From an uncultured delta proteobacterium (GTDB lineage Bacteria > Desulfobacterota > Binatia > DP-6): DNA of 64,000 nucleotides. A program made the position numbers and the translations under genes. The stretch covers positions 1,696,001-1,760,000 of the forward strand of contig CAWFFN010000009.1 in NCBI GenBank assembly GCA_963815115.1, read 5' to 3'. Positions within the stretch are counted from its first letter, which is position 1. Each line of letters starts with the position of its first letter. Below the pieces are notes generated by a model, which saw only the letters and a program-made list of their open reading frames with translations, was not told the origin of the DNA and made no database searches. Below are positions 41,710-52,728 of this stretch, in pieces.

Positions 41710-42798
41710 TCAGCCCTTGCGGCCGCGTTTCTCGGCGGCCGCCTTGCGGCGGTTGGTGAAGCGCGCGTTGCCGAGTCCGGTCCCGATCGTCAGCACGCCC
41801 CAGCGCTCGTAGTCGCGCATGAAGGGCAGCTCGCTCAGCCCCTGCACGACCGCGTCGTTGTGCATCACCACCAGCGTCTCGTGCGCGCCGATCTCCGGGA
41901 TGGCCTCGCGGATACAGGCCGGCAGGTTGAAGCGGCGGCTCTCCCAGTTGCCGGGCAGGTTCTGCGCCCCCTCCTCGATCGACCCGTCCTCGTCGATGCG
42001 CCCCGGGCAGCCGATGCCGATCACCGGTGCCAGCGTGAGCTTCGCCTTGTCGGCCCGACCGATGAGGTCCTCGAGCATCTCGATCAAGCGATCCACGGCC
42101 TCGTCGCGCTTCGTCTTCTCGTCGCCGTGACGCCACAGCTCGGACTTCCAGACCCCCGCCTTGGAGACATCGGCCGCCTTGGCGAGGTTGCTCTCCACGA
42201 CGCCGGCCCGGATGTTCGTCCCCCCGATGTCCACGGCCAGGATGCCGCCGTACCCTTCGAGCATCCACGACGGCATCAGGTGCACCGCACCCACCAGGCC
42301 GGCCTCGTCGGGATGCGAGCGAATGGGATGGAAGTCGAGCGGCATGCCGTCGGCCTTCAGCAGGACGGCCGCGCGACCGATGGCGAGCTCCCCGACGCGG
42401 CTCGCGCGGAAGCCGCCGCCCATCACGATGCTCTCGGTGTCCTTCCAGCCCTTCGTCTTGACGAAGCGGCGAATCACCGCCGTCAGCTCCTGCGCGAACT
42501 CCTCCACCGCGCTGTGCACCAGCCCCGCCGCTTCCGGATCGCCCTCTGCCAGCAGCTGGTCGAGCTTCTTCTTGCTGACGTTTTCGGACGGCGTCTCGCC
42601 GAGCGGGTCGGCACCCAGCGCGCGCAGCGGCTCGCGCCACTTGTCGAGGATCTCGAAGAACGCGCGCTTGCTGGCACGGTCGCCGACGAAGCCGTCGCCG
42701 TCCTGAAGCGCGAGGTTGTAGCTGTCGACCTCGACGCTGGGCAGCCGGGTGCTGCCGTGGGACGGAAGCGGCGTGTCGTCGGCGGCGCGATCACTCAT
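41710..42798 (-). CDS. ROK family sugar kinase-like protein
   Basis: AVDIGGTN, GIGCPG, HNDAVVQGL and TIGTGLG motifs. Confidence 0.85.
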   Translation of the reverse strand: MSDRAADDTPLPSHGSTRLPSVEVDSYNLALQDGDGFVGDRASKRAFFEILDKWREPLRALGADPLGETPSENVSKKKLDQLLAEGDPEAAGLVHSAVEEFAQELTAVIRRFVKTKGWKDTESIVMGGGFRASRVGELAIGRAAVLLKADGMPLDFHPIRSHPDEAGLVGAVHLMPSWMLEGYGGILAVDIGGTNIRAGVVESNLAKAADVSKAGVWKSELWRHGDEKTKRDEAVDRLIEMLEDLIGRADKAKLTLAPVIGIGCPGRIDEDGSIEEGAQNLPGNWESRRFNLPACIREAIPEIGAHETLVVMHNDAVVQGLSELPFMRDYERWGVLTIGTGLGNARFTNRRKAAAEKRGRKG

Positions 42799-42878
42799 GT
42801 CGCCTGGGTGTAGCACCGCCCAGCGATGGCGCCAGGGGGGCCCCGGCGACGGTCCCTCTGCGGTGTGAGCCCACACCG

Positions 42879-44399
42879 CTACCCCGCTGCGTGCAGCGTG
42901 CGGCGGGTCGGATCCGCGGCCGGCGCGACCGGCGCACGATTGCCGAAGACGAGGGCGCCGTCCTCGAGCGGGCCGAGACGGATCATCTTCTTGTCCCGCG
43001 AGTAGTTCTGCGGGTTGATCCAGGGCTCGCGGTCCCCCTGCTTGGGGAAGCGGTGCATCACCCGTTGCATGTAGCCGGACGAGAACTGGTCGATCCAGGG
43101 GCGGGGCGGCATGTCGCGGTCCGTGTCGCGCAGCCGCGGCGTCACCTGGCGCACGCCGCTCTCGTCCATGTGGTTGATGAGCCGGCAGGCGTATTCGGCG
43201 GTCAGGTCCGCCCGGAGCGTCCACGAGGCGTTGATGTAGCCGAACGTGGAGATCAGGTTCGGCACGCCCGAGTACATCATGCCCTTGTAGGTCCACGTCT
43301 GCGCGAAATCGACGGGCGCGCCGTCGACCGTGAACCGCATCTCGCCGAGCACCACGAGGTTCAGGCCCGTTGCGGTCACGATGATGTCGGCGTCCAGCTC
43401 CCTGCCGGACGCGAGCGTGATGCCCGTCTCGGTGAAGCGTGCGATATGGTCCGTGACGATCGACGCCTTGCCGGACCGGATTGCCTCGAACAGATCGCTG
43501 TTCGGCACGAGGCAGAGGCGCTGGTCCCAGGGGTTGTACCGGGGCGTGAAGTGGGTGGCGACATCGTAGTCCGGGCCGAGCTCCTTCCTCACCATGTCGA
43601 GGAGCTTTCGCTTGACCTGCGCGGGATGGGTACGCGTGCGGCGGTACAGGAGCTGCTGCAGCGCGACGTTCTTCCAGCGCGTGACGGCGTAGGCCCAGCG
43701 GTCCGGCAGCACCCGGCGCAGCGCGTTCGCGATCACGTCGGTGTCGGGCCGGGACACCACGTAGGTCGGCGAGCGCTGCAGCATGATGATGTGGCCGGCG
43801 TCCCGCGCCATCGCGGGCACGAGCGTCATCGCCGTCGCCCCGGAGCCGATCACCACCACCCGCTTGCCCCGGTAGTCCAGATCGTCCGGCCACTGCTGGG
43901 GATGGACGATGGTGCCCTTGAACCGCTCCAGGCCCTCGAACTCGGGCGTGTGGCCCTGCCGGTAGCTGTAGTAGCCCGCGCACATGAGGAGGAAATTGCA
44001 GGTGAAGCGGACGCTCTCGCCCGTGTCCGCCCGCAGCGTCTGGACGGTCCAGGCGGCATCCTCGCTCGACCAGGCGGCCGCCGTCGCCCGGTGCTCGTAG
44101 CGGATGTGCTCGTCCACGCCGTACTCGGCGGCGGTCGCCTTCACGTAGTCGAGGATCGAGGAGCCGTCGGCAATGGCCTTCGCCTCGCGCCAGGGTTTGA
44201 AGCTGTAGCCGAGCGTATGCATGTCGCTGTCCGACCGCACGCCCGGGTAGCGGAAGAGATCCCACGTGCCGCCCATGGCTGGGCGACCTTCCAGGATGAC
44301 GTAGCGCTTGTCCGGGCAGGCCCGGTGCAGATGAACGGCGGCTCCCACTCCGGACAGGCCGGCGCCCACGATGAGTACGTCGAAGTGTTCCGTCGCCAT
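42879..44399 (-). CDS. Flavin-containing Baeyer-Villiger-type monooxygenase (EthA/AlmA-like)
   Basis: GAGLSG, GGTWDLFRYPGVRSDSD, FKGTIVHPQQWP, GSGATA, ATGL and SWTLRAD motifs. Confidence 0.92.
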   Translation of the reverse strand: MATEHFDVLIVGAGLSGVGAAVHLHRACPDKRYVILEGRPAMGGTWDLFRYPGVRSDSDMHTLGYSFKPWREAKAIADGSSILDYVKATAAEYGVDEHIRYEHRATAAAWSSEDAAWTVQTLRADTGESVRFTCNFLLMCAGYYSYRQGHTPEFEGLERFKGTIVHPQQWPDDLDYRGKRVVVIGSGATAMTLVPAMARDAGHIIMLQRSPTYVVSRPDTDVIANALRRVLPDRWAYAVTRWKNVALQQLLYRRTRTHPAQVKRKLLDMVRKELGPDYDVATHFTPRYNPWDQRLCLVPNSDLFEAIRSGKASIVTDHIARFTETGITLASGRELDADIIVTATGLNLVVLGEMRFTVDGAPVDFAQTWTYKGMMYSGVPNLISTFGYINASWTLRADLTAEYACRLINHMDESGVRQVTPRLRDTDRDMPPRPWIDQFSSGYMQRVMHRFPKQGDREPWINPQNYSRDKKMIRLGPLEDGALVFGNRAPVAPAADPTRRTLHAAG

Positions 44400-44626
44400 G
44401 TCGCTTTTCATCCTCACCTGTCGGACCTCAGCTGTCGCACGCATCCAGGAGGCTCGTCCATCCTGCAGACGACCCCAGGAAGCGGTCTGGGGACCGTAGC
44501 GCGGATGTCTCCCACAGGGAAGCAACGATACGGCCGTCACCCGGCCGTTGCCCCCGTCACGGCGTGGCGCTAAAGGTCCGGCGGTGAGCGTCGTGCGAGC
44601 GAGCGCTCGCGAGGAGGTGGCGATTC

Positions 44627-45073
44627 ATGCCGAAGAAGGTACGACCGATCCCCAAGGGTTATCACGCGGTCAGTCCGTCGCTGACGCAGGACGACGCCGG
44701 GCAGACGATCGAGTTCTGCAAGAAGGCGTTCGGCGCGAAGGTGCTCATGCGGATGCAAGGGCCGAGCGGCAAGATCATGCACGCCGAGGTCCTGATCGGT
44801 GACTCCATCGTCATGCTGAACGACGTGATCCAGGAGCCGGCCCAGGCGGCGAACCTCTTTCTCTACGTCCAGGATGTCGACAAGACCGTCGCCCGAGCGA
44901 GCAAGGCCGGGGCGACGGTCCTCATGCCGCCGCAGGACATGTTCTGGGGCGACCGCTTCGGTCGGATCCAGGATCCCTCGGGCAACCGGTGGGGCATCGC
45001 GACGCACCGCGAGGACGTGCCCCCGAAGGAGATGAAGAAGCGCGCGGCGGCGGCATTCTCGGCCGCGGGATGA
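44627..45073 (+). CDS. VOC/PhnB-like glyoxalase family protein
   Basis: PIPKGYHAV, IMHAEV and DMFWGDRFGRIQDPSGNRW, with a GAGGAGG RBS. Confidence 0.9.
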   Translation: MPKKVRPIPKGYHAVSPSLTQDDAGQTIEFCKKAFGAKVLMRMQGPSGKIMHAEVLIGDSIVMLNDVIQEPAQAANLFLYVQDVDKTVARASKAGATVLMPPQDMFWGDRFGRIQDPSGNRWGIATHREDVPPKEMKKRAAAAFSAAG

Positions 45074-45291
45074 GCGGCGCCGCGGGGCCCCGCCGCCCGC
45101 GGTGTTAGGCCAGCGAGCCGGGGTGGGGTGCCGATGTGCCGGCACGGACGGCGTGGGTCGCCAGCGCCTGAGCTTCGCAAGGGCCAGGCGGCCCTGCGCC
45201 GATCCTCCGGCCGCCCCTTCCGCGACGGGGCGGCAGGAGCGCGAGGTCACGCGCACGCTCGAGACGACGATCTACGGGAGGGCATGACGGC

Positions 45292-46500
45292 ATGGAGCTT
45301 GCTGCCACCCCAGGAGCCACGGAGATGCAGATGCCAGGGCCGCAACGAGATCCGCTGACGATCGCGGTTCCGAGAGAGATTGCGCCGGGCGAGCACCGCG
45401 TGGCGCTGACGCCGGATGCGGCCGCCGCGCTGGTCAAGGCCGGGATGAAGATCGTCATCGAGACGGGGGCGGGCGCCGGCGCGTTCCATTCCGACGCCGC
45501 CTTCGAGAAGGCTGGCGCGCGCATCGCGCCCGACGCGGAGGCGCTCTATGCAGGGGCGGACGTCATCCTCAAGGTGCAGAAGCCCGCGCCTGGTGAAGTG
45601 AGCCGGCTGCGCGAGAACGCCGTGCTGGTGGCGTTCCTGCAGCCGCTCACGAGCCCAGACCTCGTGCAGCAGCTGGCCGATCGACGGGTCACCGGCTTCG
45701 CCATGGAGGCGATCCCCCGCATCAGTCGTGCGCAGAAGATGGACGCGCTGTCGTCGCAGGCCAACATCGCCGGCTACAGGGCGGTCCTCATCGCGGCCGA
45801 GTCGCTGGCGAAGTTCTTTCCCATGCTCATGACGGCGGCCGGTACGGTCTTCGCCGCCCGTGTGCTCGTGATCGGCGCTGGCGTGGCCGGACTGCAGGCG
45901 ATCGCAACGGCGCGCAGGCTCGGAGCCCAGGTCTGGGGCTACGACGTCCGACCCGCGGTGAAGGAGCAGGTGGAGAGCCTGGGCGCGAAGTTCCTCGAAT
46001 TCGACCTGCGCATCGCCGACGCCGAGGACAAGGGTGGCTATGCGACGGCGCTGTCCGAGGACACGGGCCGCCGGCAGCAGGAGATGCTCGGCGAGAAGAT
46101 CCGGGACTTCGACGTGGTCGTGACCACGGCGCTGGTCCCCGGCAGGCCCGCGCCGCGCCTGGTCACGAAGGAGACCGTCGCGGGGATGCGGGCCGGCTCG
46201 GTGATCGTCGACGTCGCCGCCGAGGCCGGCGGCAACTGCGAGCTGACCGAGCCCGACAGGGTGGTCGTCACGCACGGCGTGACCATCCACGGCCCGACCA
46301 ACCTGCCCGCCACGATGCCGGTGCACGCCAGCCAGCTGTACGCGCGCAACGTGACGGAGCTGCTCAATGAGCTCGTCAAGGACGGTGCGCTGGCGCTCGA
46401 CTTCGACGACGAGATCATCAAGGCCGCCTGCGTCACGCACGCCGGGGCGGTCGTCAGCCAGGCGGTCCAGGCCGCGCTGGCGGCGGGCAAGCCGGCATGA
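45292..46500 (+). CDS. pntA: NAD(P) transhydrogenase alpha part 1 (dI, PntAA)
   Basis: EHRVALTP, SRAQKMDALSSQ, GAGVAGL and GGNCEL motifs; no membrane part. The start may be 45325 or 45331. Confidence 0.92.
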   Translation: MELAATPGATEMQMPGPQRDPLTIAVPREIAPGEHRVALTPDAAAALVKAGMKIVIETGAGAGAFHSDAAFEKAGARIAPDAEALYAGADVILKVQKPAPGEVSRLRENAVLVAFLQPLTSPDLVQQLADRRVTGFAMEAIPRISRAQKMDALSSQANIAGYRAVLIAAESLAKFFPMLMTAAGTVFAARVLVIGAGVAGLQAIATARRLGAQVWGYDVRPAVKEQVESLGAKFLEFDLRIADAEDKGGYATALSEDTGRRQQEMLGEKIRDFDVVVTTALVPGRPAPRLVTKETVAGMRAGSVIVDVAAEAGGNCELTEPDRVVVTHGVTIHGPTNLPATMPVHASQLYARNVTELLNELVKDGALALDFDDEIIKAACVTHAGAVVSQAVQAALAAGKPA

Positions 46501-48317
46501 CGAGCGAGCTCGAAGTCGGCCTCTACATCTTCATGCTGGCCGGGTTCCTCGGCTATCATCTCATCACCCGCGTCCCGCCCCTCCTGCACACGCCGCTCAT
46601 GTCGGCGACCAACGCGATCGCGGCGATCTCGCTGGTCGGCTCGCTCGTGGTGGCGGGCAGCGACTACAGCGACGTTCCGAACGGCTGGGTGTGCACGCTT
46701 CTCGGCTTCGTCGCGGTGACCTGCTCGTCCACGAACGCCATCGGCGGCTTCCTGATCACCGACCGCATGCTGCGGATGTTCAAGACCGCGGAGGAGCGCG
46801 CGCGAGGGATCCGGCGCCCGGTCGAGCTGCAGGCGGCCGGCTTCGTGCTCGCCGTCTTCGGCGCCGTCGCGGCCCTCCTCTACTGGACGAAGCCTGCCGG
46901 GATGGCGATGGGGGACTACCTCCGCGATTACGTCGCCCCCGAGGCGCTGCGCTACTGCTACATCCTGTCGGCAGCGATGTTCGTGCTCGGGCTGAAGGGC
47001 CTGAGCTCGCCCAAGTGGGCGCGTTCGGGAATGGCGCTGGCGGCGTTCGGGATGCTCATCGCCGTCGTGGGCACCCTCTTCCACCCGCACATCGTGACGT
47101 ATCGATGGATCGCGCTCGGCTTCACGATCGGGGCCGTGGTCGGAGGCACGATGGGTCTCCGCATCCCGATGACCGCAGTGCCGCAGCGCACGGCCCTGTC
47201 GCACTCCCTGGGGGCGCTCGCTGCCTGCCTCGTGGGTATCTCCGAGTACTTCCGCTACCAGGGGGCGCTCGGCCGCGTGACGCTGACGGCGCTCGTCTTC
47301 GAGGTCGTGATCGGCGGTCTGACCTTCGCGGGCAGCCTGATCGCAGCGGCCAAGCTCCAGGAGCTGCTGCGCGGGCGGCCGATCACGTACCGCGGCCAGA
47401 ACGTGATCAGCCTGACCCTGCTCGGCATCATCGTCGCCTCGGGGGTCCACCTCGTCGTCACGCAGGCGGCGACGCCGTTCTTCTACGTGATGGTCGCGAT
47501 GTCGCTGATCTTCGGCCTGCTGCTCGTCATCCCGATCGGTGCCGCCGACATGCCGGTGGTGATCGCGCTCCTCAACTCGTACGGCGGGCTCGCCGACGCC
47601 GCGATGGGCTTCGTGCTGATGAACAAGATCCAGATCATCACGGGCTCGCTGGACGGGACCTCGGGGTTCCTGCTCGCGCTGCTCATGTGCCGTGCGATGA
47701 ACCGCTCGGCAGTGAACGTGCTGTTCGGCGCATTCGGCAGGGTGTCGGAGGATGCGGTGGCGGCCGCCGCCGAGGCGAAGGGCACGGTGCGCAGCATCGC
47801 GCCCGAGGAGACGGCCGTCCTCTTCGAGACGGCCCGCAACGTCGTGATCGTACCCGGCTACGGGATGGCCGTCGCGCAAGCGCAGCACGCGGTGGCCGAG
47901 CTGGGCAAGATACTGAAGGAGCGCGGAGTCGACGTGAAGTACGCCATCCATCCCGTCGCCGGACGGATGCCGGGCCACATGAACGTGCTCCTGGCCGAGG
48001 CCAACGTCCCCTACGAGCAGCTCGTCGAGATGGAGGCGATCAACCCGTCCTTCCCGGAGGCCGACATCGCGCTCGTCGTGGGCGCCAACGACGTCACCAA
48101 CCCCGCGGCCAAGAGCAACAAGTCGAGCCCCCTCTTCGGCATGCCCATCCTGGAAGTCGACCGCGCGAAGTCCATCATCGTGCTGAAGCGCAGCATGCGT
48201 CCGGGCTTCGCCGGTGTCGACAACGACCTGTACTACGACGAGAAGTGCATGATGCTCTTCGGCGACGCCAAGGACAGCGTCACCAAGCTCATCACCGAGA
48301 TGAAGTCGCTGCTGTGA
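46497..48317 (+). CDS. pntB: NAD(P) transhydrogenase, alpha part 2 fused to beta (PntAB-PntB)
   Basis: LHTPLMSATNA...TDRMLRMF, followed by beta motifs ADMPVVIALLNS, VPGYGMAVA, HPVAGRMPGHMNV and GANDVTNP. Confidence 0.92.
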   Translation: MTSELEVGLYIFMLAGFLGYHLITRVPPLLHTPLMSATNAIAAISLVGSLVVAGSDYSDVPNGWVCTLLGFVAVTCSSTNAIGGFLITDRMLRMFKTAEERARGIRRPVELQAAGFVLAVFGAVAALLYWTKPAGMAMGDYLRDYVAPEALRYCYILSAAMFVLGLKGLSSPKWARSGMALAAFGMLIAVVGTLFHPHIVTYRWIALGFTIGAVVGGTMGLRIPMTAVPQRTALSHSLGALAACLVGISEYFRYQGALGRVTLTALVFEVVIGGLTFAGSLIAAAKLQELLRGRPITYRGQNVISLTLLGIIVASGVHLVVTQAATPFFYVMVAMSLIFGLLLVIPIGAADMPVVIALLNSYGGLADAAMGFVLMNKIQIITGSLDGTSGFLLALLMCRAMNRSAVNVLFGAFGRVSEDAVAAAAEAKGTVRSIAPEETAVLFETARNVVIVPGYGMAVAQAQHAVAELGKILKERGVDVKYAIHPVAGRMPGHMNVLLAEANVPYEQLVEMEAINPSFPEADIALVVGANDVTNPAAKSNKSSPLFGMPILEVDRAKSIIVLKRSMRPGFAGVDNDLYYDEKCMMLFGDAKDSVTKLITEMKSLL

Positions 48318-48479
48318 AGGGTGCGGCCGGGCGGCCGTTACCGAGGCGGTCGGTAGACGGTCCCGGACGGGCCATCGGAAAACTCCATTTTTGGTCGTGA
48401 CTCTGGGACGGTCGGCGAGTACAGGGAGTAAGAGGCCTCGCGCACCGTCGTGTGACCTTCAACCTCGAAGGAGACTCCG

Positions 48480-51400
48480 ATGTACGACCGGCCAGTCGAC
48501 TCCAAGCCCCAGCCATTCAGCCGGCAGACGGTGGCGAAAACGTCCCGGCTCCGCGGGGCAACGGTCACCGAGAGCGTCTGCCCGTACTGTGCCGTCGGCT
48601 GCGGCCAGCTCATCTACGCCAAGGGCGGGCAACTCATCGACATCGAGGGAAACCCAGAAGCCCCATCAACGAGGGCACCCTGTGCCCGAAGGGCGCGAAC
48701 GCCTTCCAGCTCGCCGTCAATCCCCACCGCGTCACGCAGGTCCTCTACCGAGCACCGTTCTCCGATCACTGGGAGACCAAGCCGCTCGACTGGGCGATGG
48801 ACCAGATCGCCGACCGGGTGAAGGCCGCGCGGGACGCGGACTTCACGGGCCGCAACGAGGCGGGCCGCCTGCTCAACTCGGTGCGCAGCATCGGCACCCT
48901 CGGCGGGGCGACCATCGACAACGAGGAGAACTACCTCATCAAGAAGCTGTTCGGTGCCGGGCTCGGCGTGGTGTCGATCGAGAACCAGGCCCGGATTTGA
49001 CACTCCGCTTCGGTGCCCGGTCTGGGCGCCTCGTTCGGCCGCGGCGCGGCCACCACCTACCAGCAGGATCTGGCCAACAGCGACTGCATCCTGTTCATGG
49101 GCTCGAACATGGCGGAAGCCCACCCCGTGGGTTTCCGCTGGCCGATGAAGGCCAAGGAGAAGGGTGCGACGTTGATCCACGTCGACCCCCGCTTCACACG
49201 CACGTCGGCGCTGTGCGACGTCTTCGTGAACATCCGCGCGGGCAGCGACGTCGCCTTCCTCGGTGGGCTCGTGAACTACGTCCTGAGCAACGACCGCTGG
49301 TTCCACGAGTACGTCCTCAACTACACCAACGCGTCGACCATCATCCTCGGGGGCTTCAAGGACACCGAGGATATGGCGGGGCTGTTCAGCGGGTACAGCG
49401 GGGACGGAGAGAGCGGCACGTACGACGCCGTGGAGGGACACTGGGGCTACGACGGGTGCGGGGATGGAGCTGGTCCCGCAGGGAGCGGTCAGCGGCCCCG
49501 GTCGAGGATGCTGAAAGGAGAGCACGGGATTCAAGGTCACGACCTCGACGTGGGAGGCCTCTCGCACTCCGGGCAGCGCCGGCACATGACGACGCACCCG
49601 GACGGCGAGCTGCCGCACGACCCGACGTTGCAGCATCCGCGCTGCGTCCTCCAGATCCTCAAGCGCCACTTCGCCCGGTACACGCCGGAGGCCGTCTCCG
49701 AGGTGTGCGGCTGCACCCCGGGCGAGCTCGTGCGTGTGGCGGAGATCCTCTGCGCCAGCTCCGGGCGCGAGCGGACCTGCTCCATCGTCTATGCGCTGGG
49801 GTGGACGCAGCACACCACGGGCGTCCAGATGATCCGCACCGCCGGCATCCTCCAGCTGCTGCTCGGAAACATGGGCCGGCCGGGCGGTGGGATCATGGCC
49901 ATGCGCGGCCACTCCACCATCCAGGGCTCGACCGATCTCGCGACCCTGTACGACGTGTTACCGGGCTACCTGCCGCAGCCGGCCGCCGATGAAGAGCACG
50001 AGACGCTGGCATCCTACGTCGAGCACGAGGGCCTGCCCACGGGCTACTGGGTGAACTTCCGCAAGTTCATCGTGAGCCAGCTCAAGGCCTGGTACGGCGA
50101 CGCCGCGACGGCGGAGAACGACTTCGCCTTCTCGTGGCTGCCGCGCGTGGACGGCGACTACTCGCAGCTGCTGTACTTCGACCGGATGGCGCGTGGCGGG
50201 GTCACGGGCTACTTCCTCTTCGGGCAGAACCCCGGCGGCGGCGGGCCCAACGCCGGTCTGCACCGGACGGGCCTGCGCAACCTCGACTGGCTGGTGGTCC
50301 TCGACTGGTTCGAGACCGAGAGCGCGGTCTTCTGGAAGAACGACCCGAACGCGCCGCGGAGCGACGAGATCAAGACCGAGGTCTTCTTCATTCCCGCGGC
50401 CGCGTCACCGGAGAAGGAGGGCAGCCTCACCAACACCCAGCGGATGCTCCAGTGGCACGAGAAGGCCATCGACCCGCTCGGCGACTGCCGCTCGGACGCG
50501 TGGTTCGTCTACAACCTGGGCAAGCGACTGAAGCAGCTCTACGCCGGCTCGGCCGACCCGAAGGACCAGCCGTTGCTCCACCTCACGTGGGACTACGACT
50601 TCGACGAGCGCCCGCGCCTGCCCGACGGCACGCTCAGCCGGATCGAGGGCGAACCGGATCTGGAGAAGGTGCTCCAGGAGATCAACGGCTGTCATCTGCA
50701 CGAGATCGACCCGCGCACCGGCCGGCCCCGCCTGGCGGCCAGCTTCGCCGAGCTGCAGGACGACGGCTCGACGGCGTCGGGCTGCTGGATCTACACCGGC
50801 GTCTTTCCCGACCCGGGCCGCAACCGGGCGCGCGAGCGCACGCTCACCGACAACCCCCTCCAGCCCGAATGGGGCTTCGCGTGGCCCGACAACCGCCGGA
50901 CGCTCTACAACCGCGCCTCGGCAGATCCCGACGGGCGGCCGTGGTCCGAGCGCAAGAAGCTCGTCTGGTGGGACGAGGAGTCGCGCCGCTGGGTGGGCCT
51001 CGATCGGCCGGATTTCGAGCCGGAGAAGCCGCCGGACTACCGCCCGCCGCGGCATGCGACCGGCATGGCCGCCATCGCGGGCAACCAGCCGTTCATCATG
51101 AAGCCCGACGGCCGTGGCTGGCTGTACGCCCCCGGCGCCGTCAAGGACGGCCCGCTGCCGACCCACTACGAGCCGGTCGAGTCGCCGGTGGGCAACCTGC
51201 TCTATCCGAAGCAGACGTGCAGCCCGACGGTGCGGACGTTCGAGGGACCGCTCAACCACCTCGCTCACACTCCGACGGCGGAGTACCCGGTCGTGGCCAC
51301 CACGTTCCGCCTCACCGAGCACTACCTGAGCGGGCCGATGAGCCGCTTCAACAGCTGGCTCAACGAGCTGCAGCCGGAGATGTTCGTCGAGCTGAGCCCG

Positions 51401-51790
51401 GAGCTGGCCGCCGATCGCGGCATCGCGCACGGCGGCTGGTTGACGGTCGAGTCGGCACGGGGCCGGATCGAGGCTCGCGCGATGGTGACGCGGCGGTTGC
51501 GGCCGCTGCTGGTCGAGGGCCGCACCGTCCACCAGGTCGGCCTCCCGTTCCACTGGGCTTTCGCCGGCGAGGTCGTCGGCGGCAACGCCAACGACCTGAC
51601 CTCGCTGGTGGCCGACCCCAACGTGAGCATGCACGAGGCGAAGGCGTTCGCCTGCCAGATCCACGCCGGCCGGCTGGACGGCCGCACGCCGACTCCGACG
51701 AAGAGCCCGGCGCCCTGGCCGACGCGCGACCCGGTCCCCGACACGCCGGCAGCCGCCCAGCCGGAAGGGAGGCTCGGCCGTGGCAAGTAA
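48480..51790 (+). CDS. fdnG: Formate dehydrogenase alpha subunit (FdnG/FdoG-like), selenocysteine-containing, with a frameshift near 48660
   Basis: CPYCAVGC...LCPKG, NQARI-TGA-HSASV at the Mo/W ligand position, GSNMAEAHP, RGHSTIQG and RLTEHY. Confidence 0.9.
49012..49030 (+). promoter_or_regulatory. SECIS element of the fdh alpha gene
   Basis: GGTGCCCG-GTC-TGGGCGCC hairpin starting 11 nt after the TGA at 48998-49000. Confidence 0.85.
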
Positions 51791-52727
51791 GGAACTGGAG
51801 GTGGTCCACCGCCCGCAGGCGGAGATCCCGCCGTCCCGCGGCCGCCTGCCGGCGTTGCTGGATCGCCTCGTCGGCCCGTTCCAGCGCGGCGAGGCCCCGG
51901 AGCGCCAGCCGGCGATGGGCTTCTACACCGACACCACGGTGTGCATCGGGTGCAAGGCGTGCGAGGTAGCATGCAAGCAGTGGAACCAGCTCCCCGCGGA
52001 CGGGTTCGGCTGGACGGGGAACAGCTACGACAACACGGGGGAGCTGTCGGCGACGTCCTGGCGGCACGTGAAGTTCGTCGAGCAGTTCGCGGACGGCCGG
52101 CCGCCGGAGCCGACCGGGAACGGGCGGGGGCCCGCGAACGCGCTCCCCGCCCAGCCGCCCGACGGCCGCTGGCTGATGATGAGCGACGTGTGCAAGCACT
52201 GCGCAGCGGCCCCGTGCCAGCAGGCGTGTCCGACCGGGGCGATCATCCACAACGAGTTCGCCAACGTCTACATCCAGCCGGACATCTGCAACGGGTGCGC
52301 CTACTGCGTTGCGGCCTGCCCGTTCGGAGTCATCACCCGGAGCACCTTCTCCGGCCGCGCCCACAAGTGCACGCTCTGCTACGACCGCCAGAAGGACGGG
52401 CTGGTCCCGGCGTGTGCGAAGGCGTGCCCGACGGCCTCGATCCAGTTCGGACCGATCGACGAGCTGCGCGAACGGGCCCGCAGCCGGGTGGACGAGCTGC
52501 ACCGGAGGGGCGTTCCCGGGGCGCACGTGTACGGGGCCGACCCGACGGAGACGTACACCGAGCTGCACTCGTTCTACCTGCTGGTCGACCGGCCCGAGGT
52601 CTACGGACTGCCGGAAGCCCCGTTCAACCCGTGGATACACCTGGCGGGGGATTACTTCCGGACGGCAATCGCCGGGGCGGTCACGCTCGCGGTGCCGCTC
52701 GCCGCGTTCCTGCTGTGGGGAGGCTGA
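51780..52727 (+). CDS. fdnH: Formate dehydrogenase iron-sulfur beta subunit
   Basis: Four Fe-S motifs (CIGCKAC, CKHC, CNGCAYC, KCTLC) and a C-terminal TM helix. Confidence 0.9.
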   Translation: MASKELEVVHRPQAEIPPSRGRLPALLDRLVGPFQRGEAPERQPAMGFYTDTTVCIGCKACEVACKQWNQLPADGFGWTGNSYDNTGELSATSWRHVKFVEQFADGRPPEPTGNGRGPANALPAQPPDGRWLMMSDVCKHCAAAPCQQACPTGAIIHNEFANVYIQPDICNGCAYCVAACPFGVITRSTFSGRAHKCTLCYDRQKDGLVPACAKACPTASIQFGPIDELRERARSRVDELHRRGVPGAHVYGADPTETYTELHSFYLLVDRPEVYGLPEAPFNPWIHLAGDYFRTAIAGAVTLAVPLAAFLLWGG

Positions 52728-52728
52728 G

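Noticed and set aside
41710-44265. 851-aa ORF as a ROK fusion protein.
   Set aside because: The N-terminal part is an off-frame overlap with the monooxygenase. The real ROK gene starts at 42798.
45074-45291. GC-rich hairpins after the VOC gene as a riboswitch or ncRNA upstream of pntA.
   Set aside because: There is no recognisable aptamer motif. The sequence is compatible with a plain terminator-like stem.
48650-48670. Programmed frameshift in the fdh alpha gene.
   Set aside because: I saw no clear slippery site, and similar isolated indels occur near 995 and 37065, so sequencing error is the simpler explanation.
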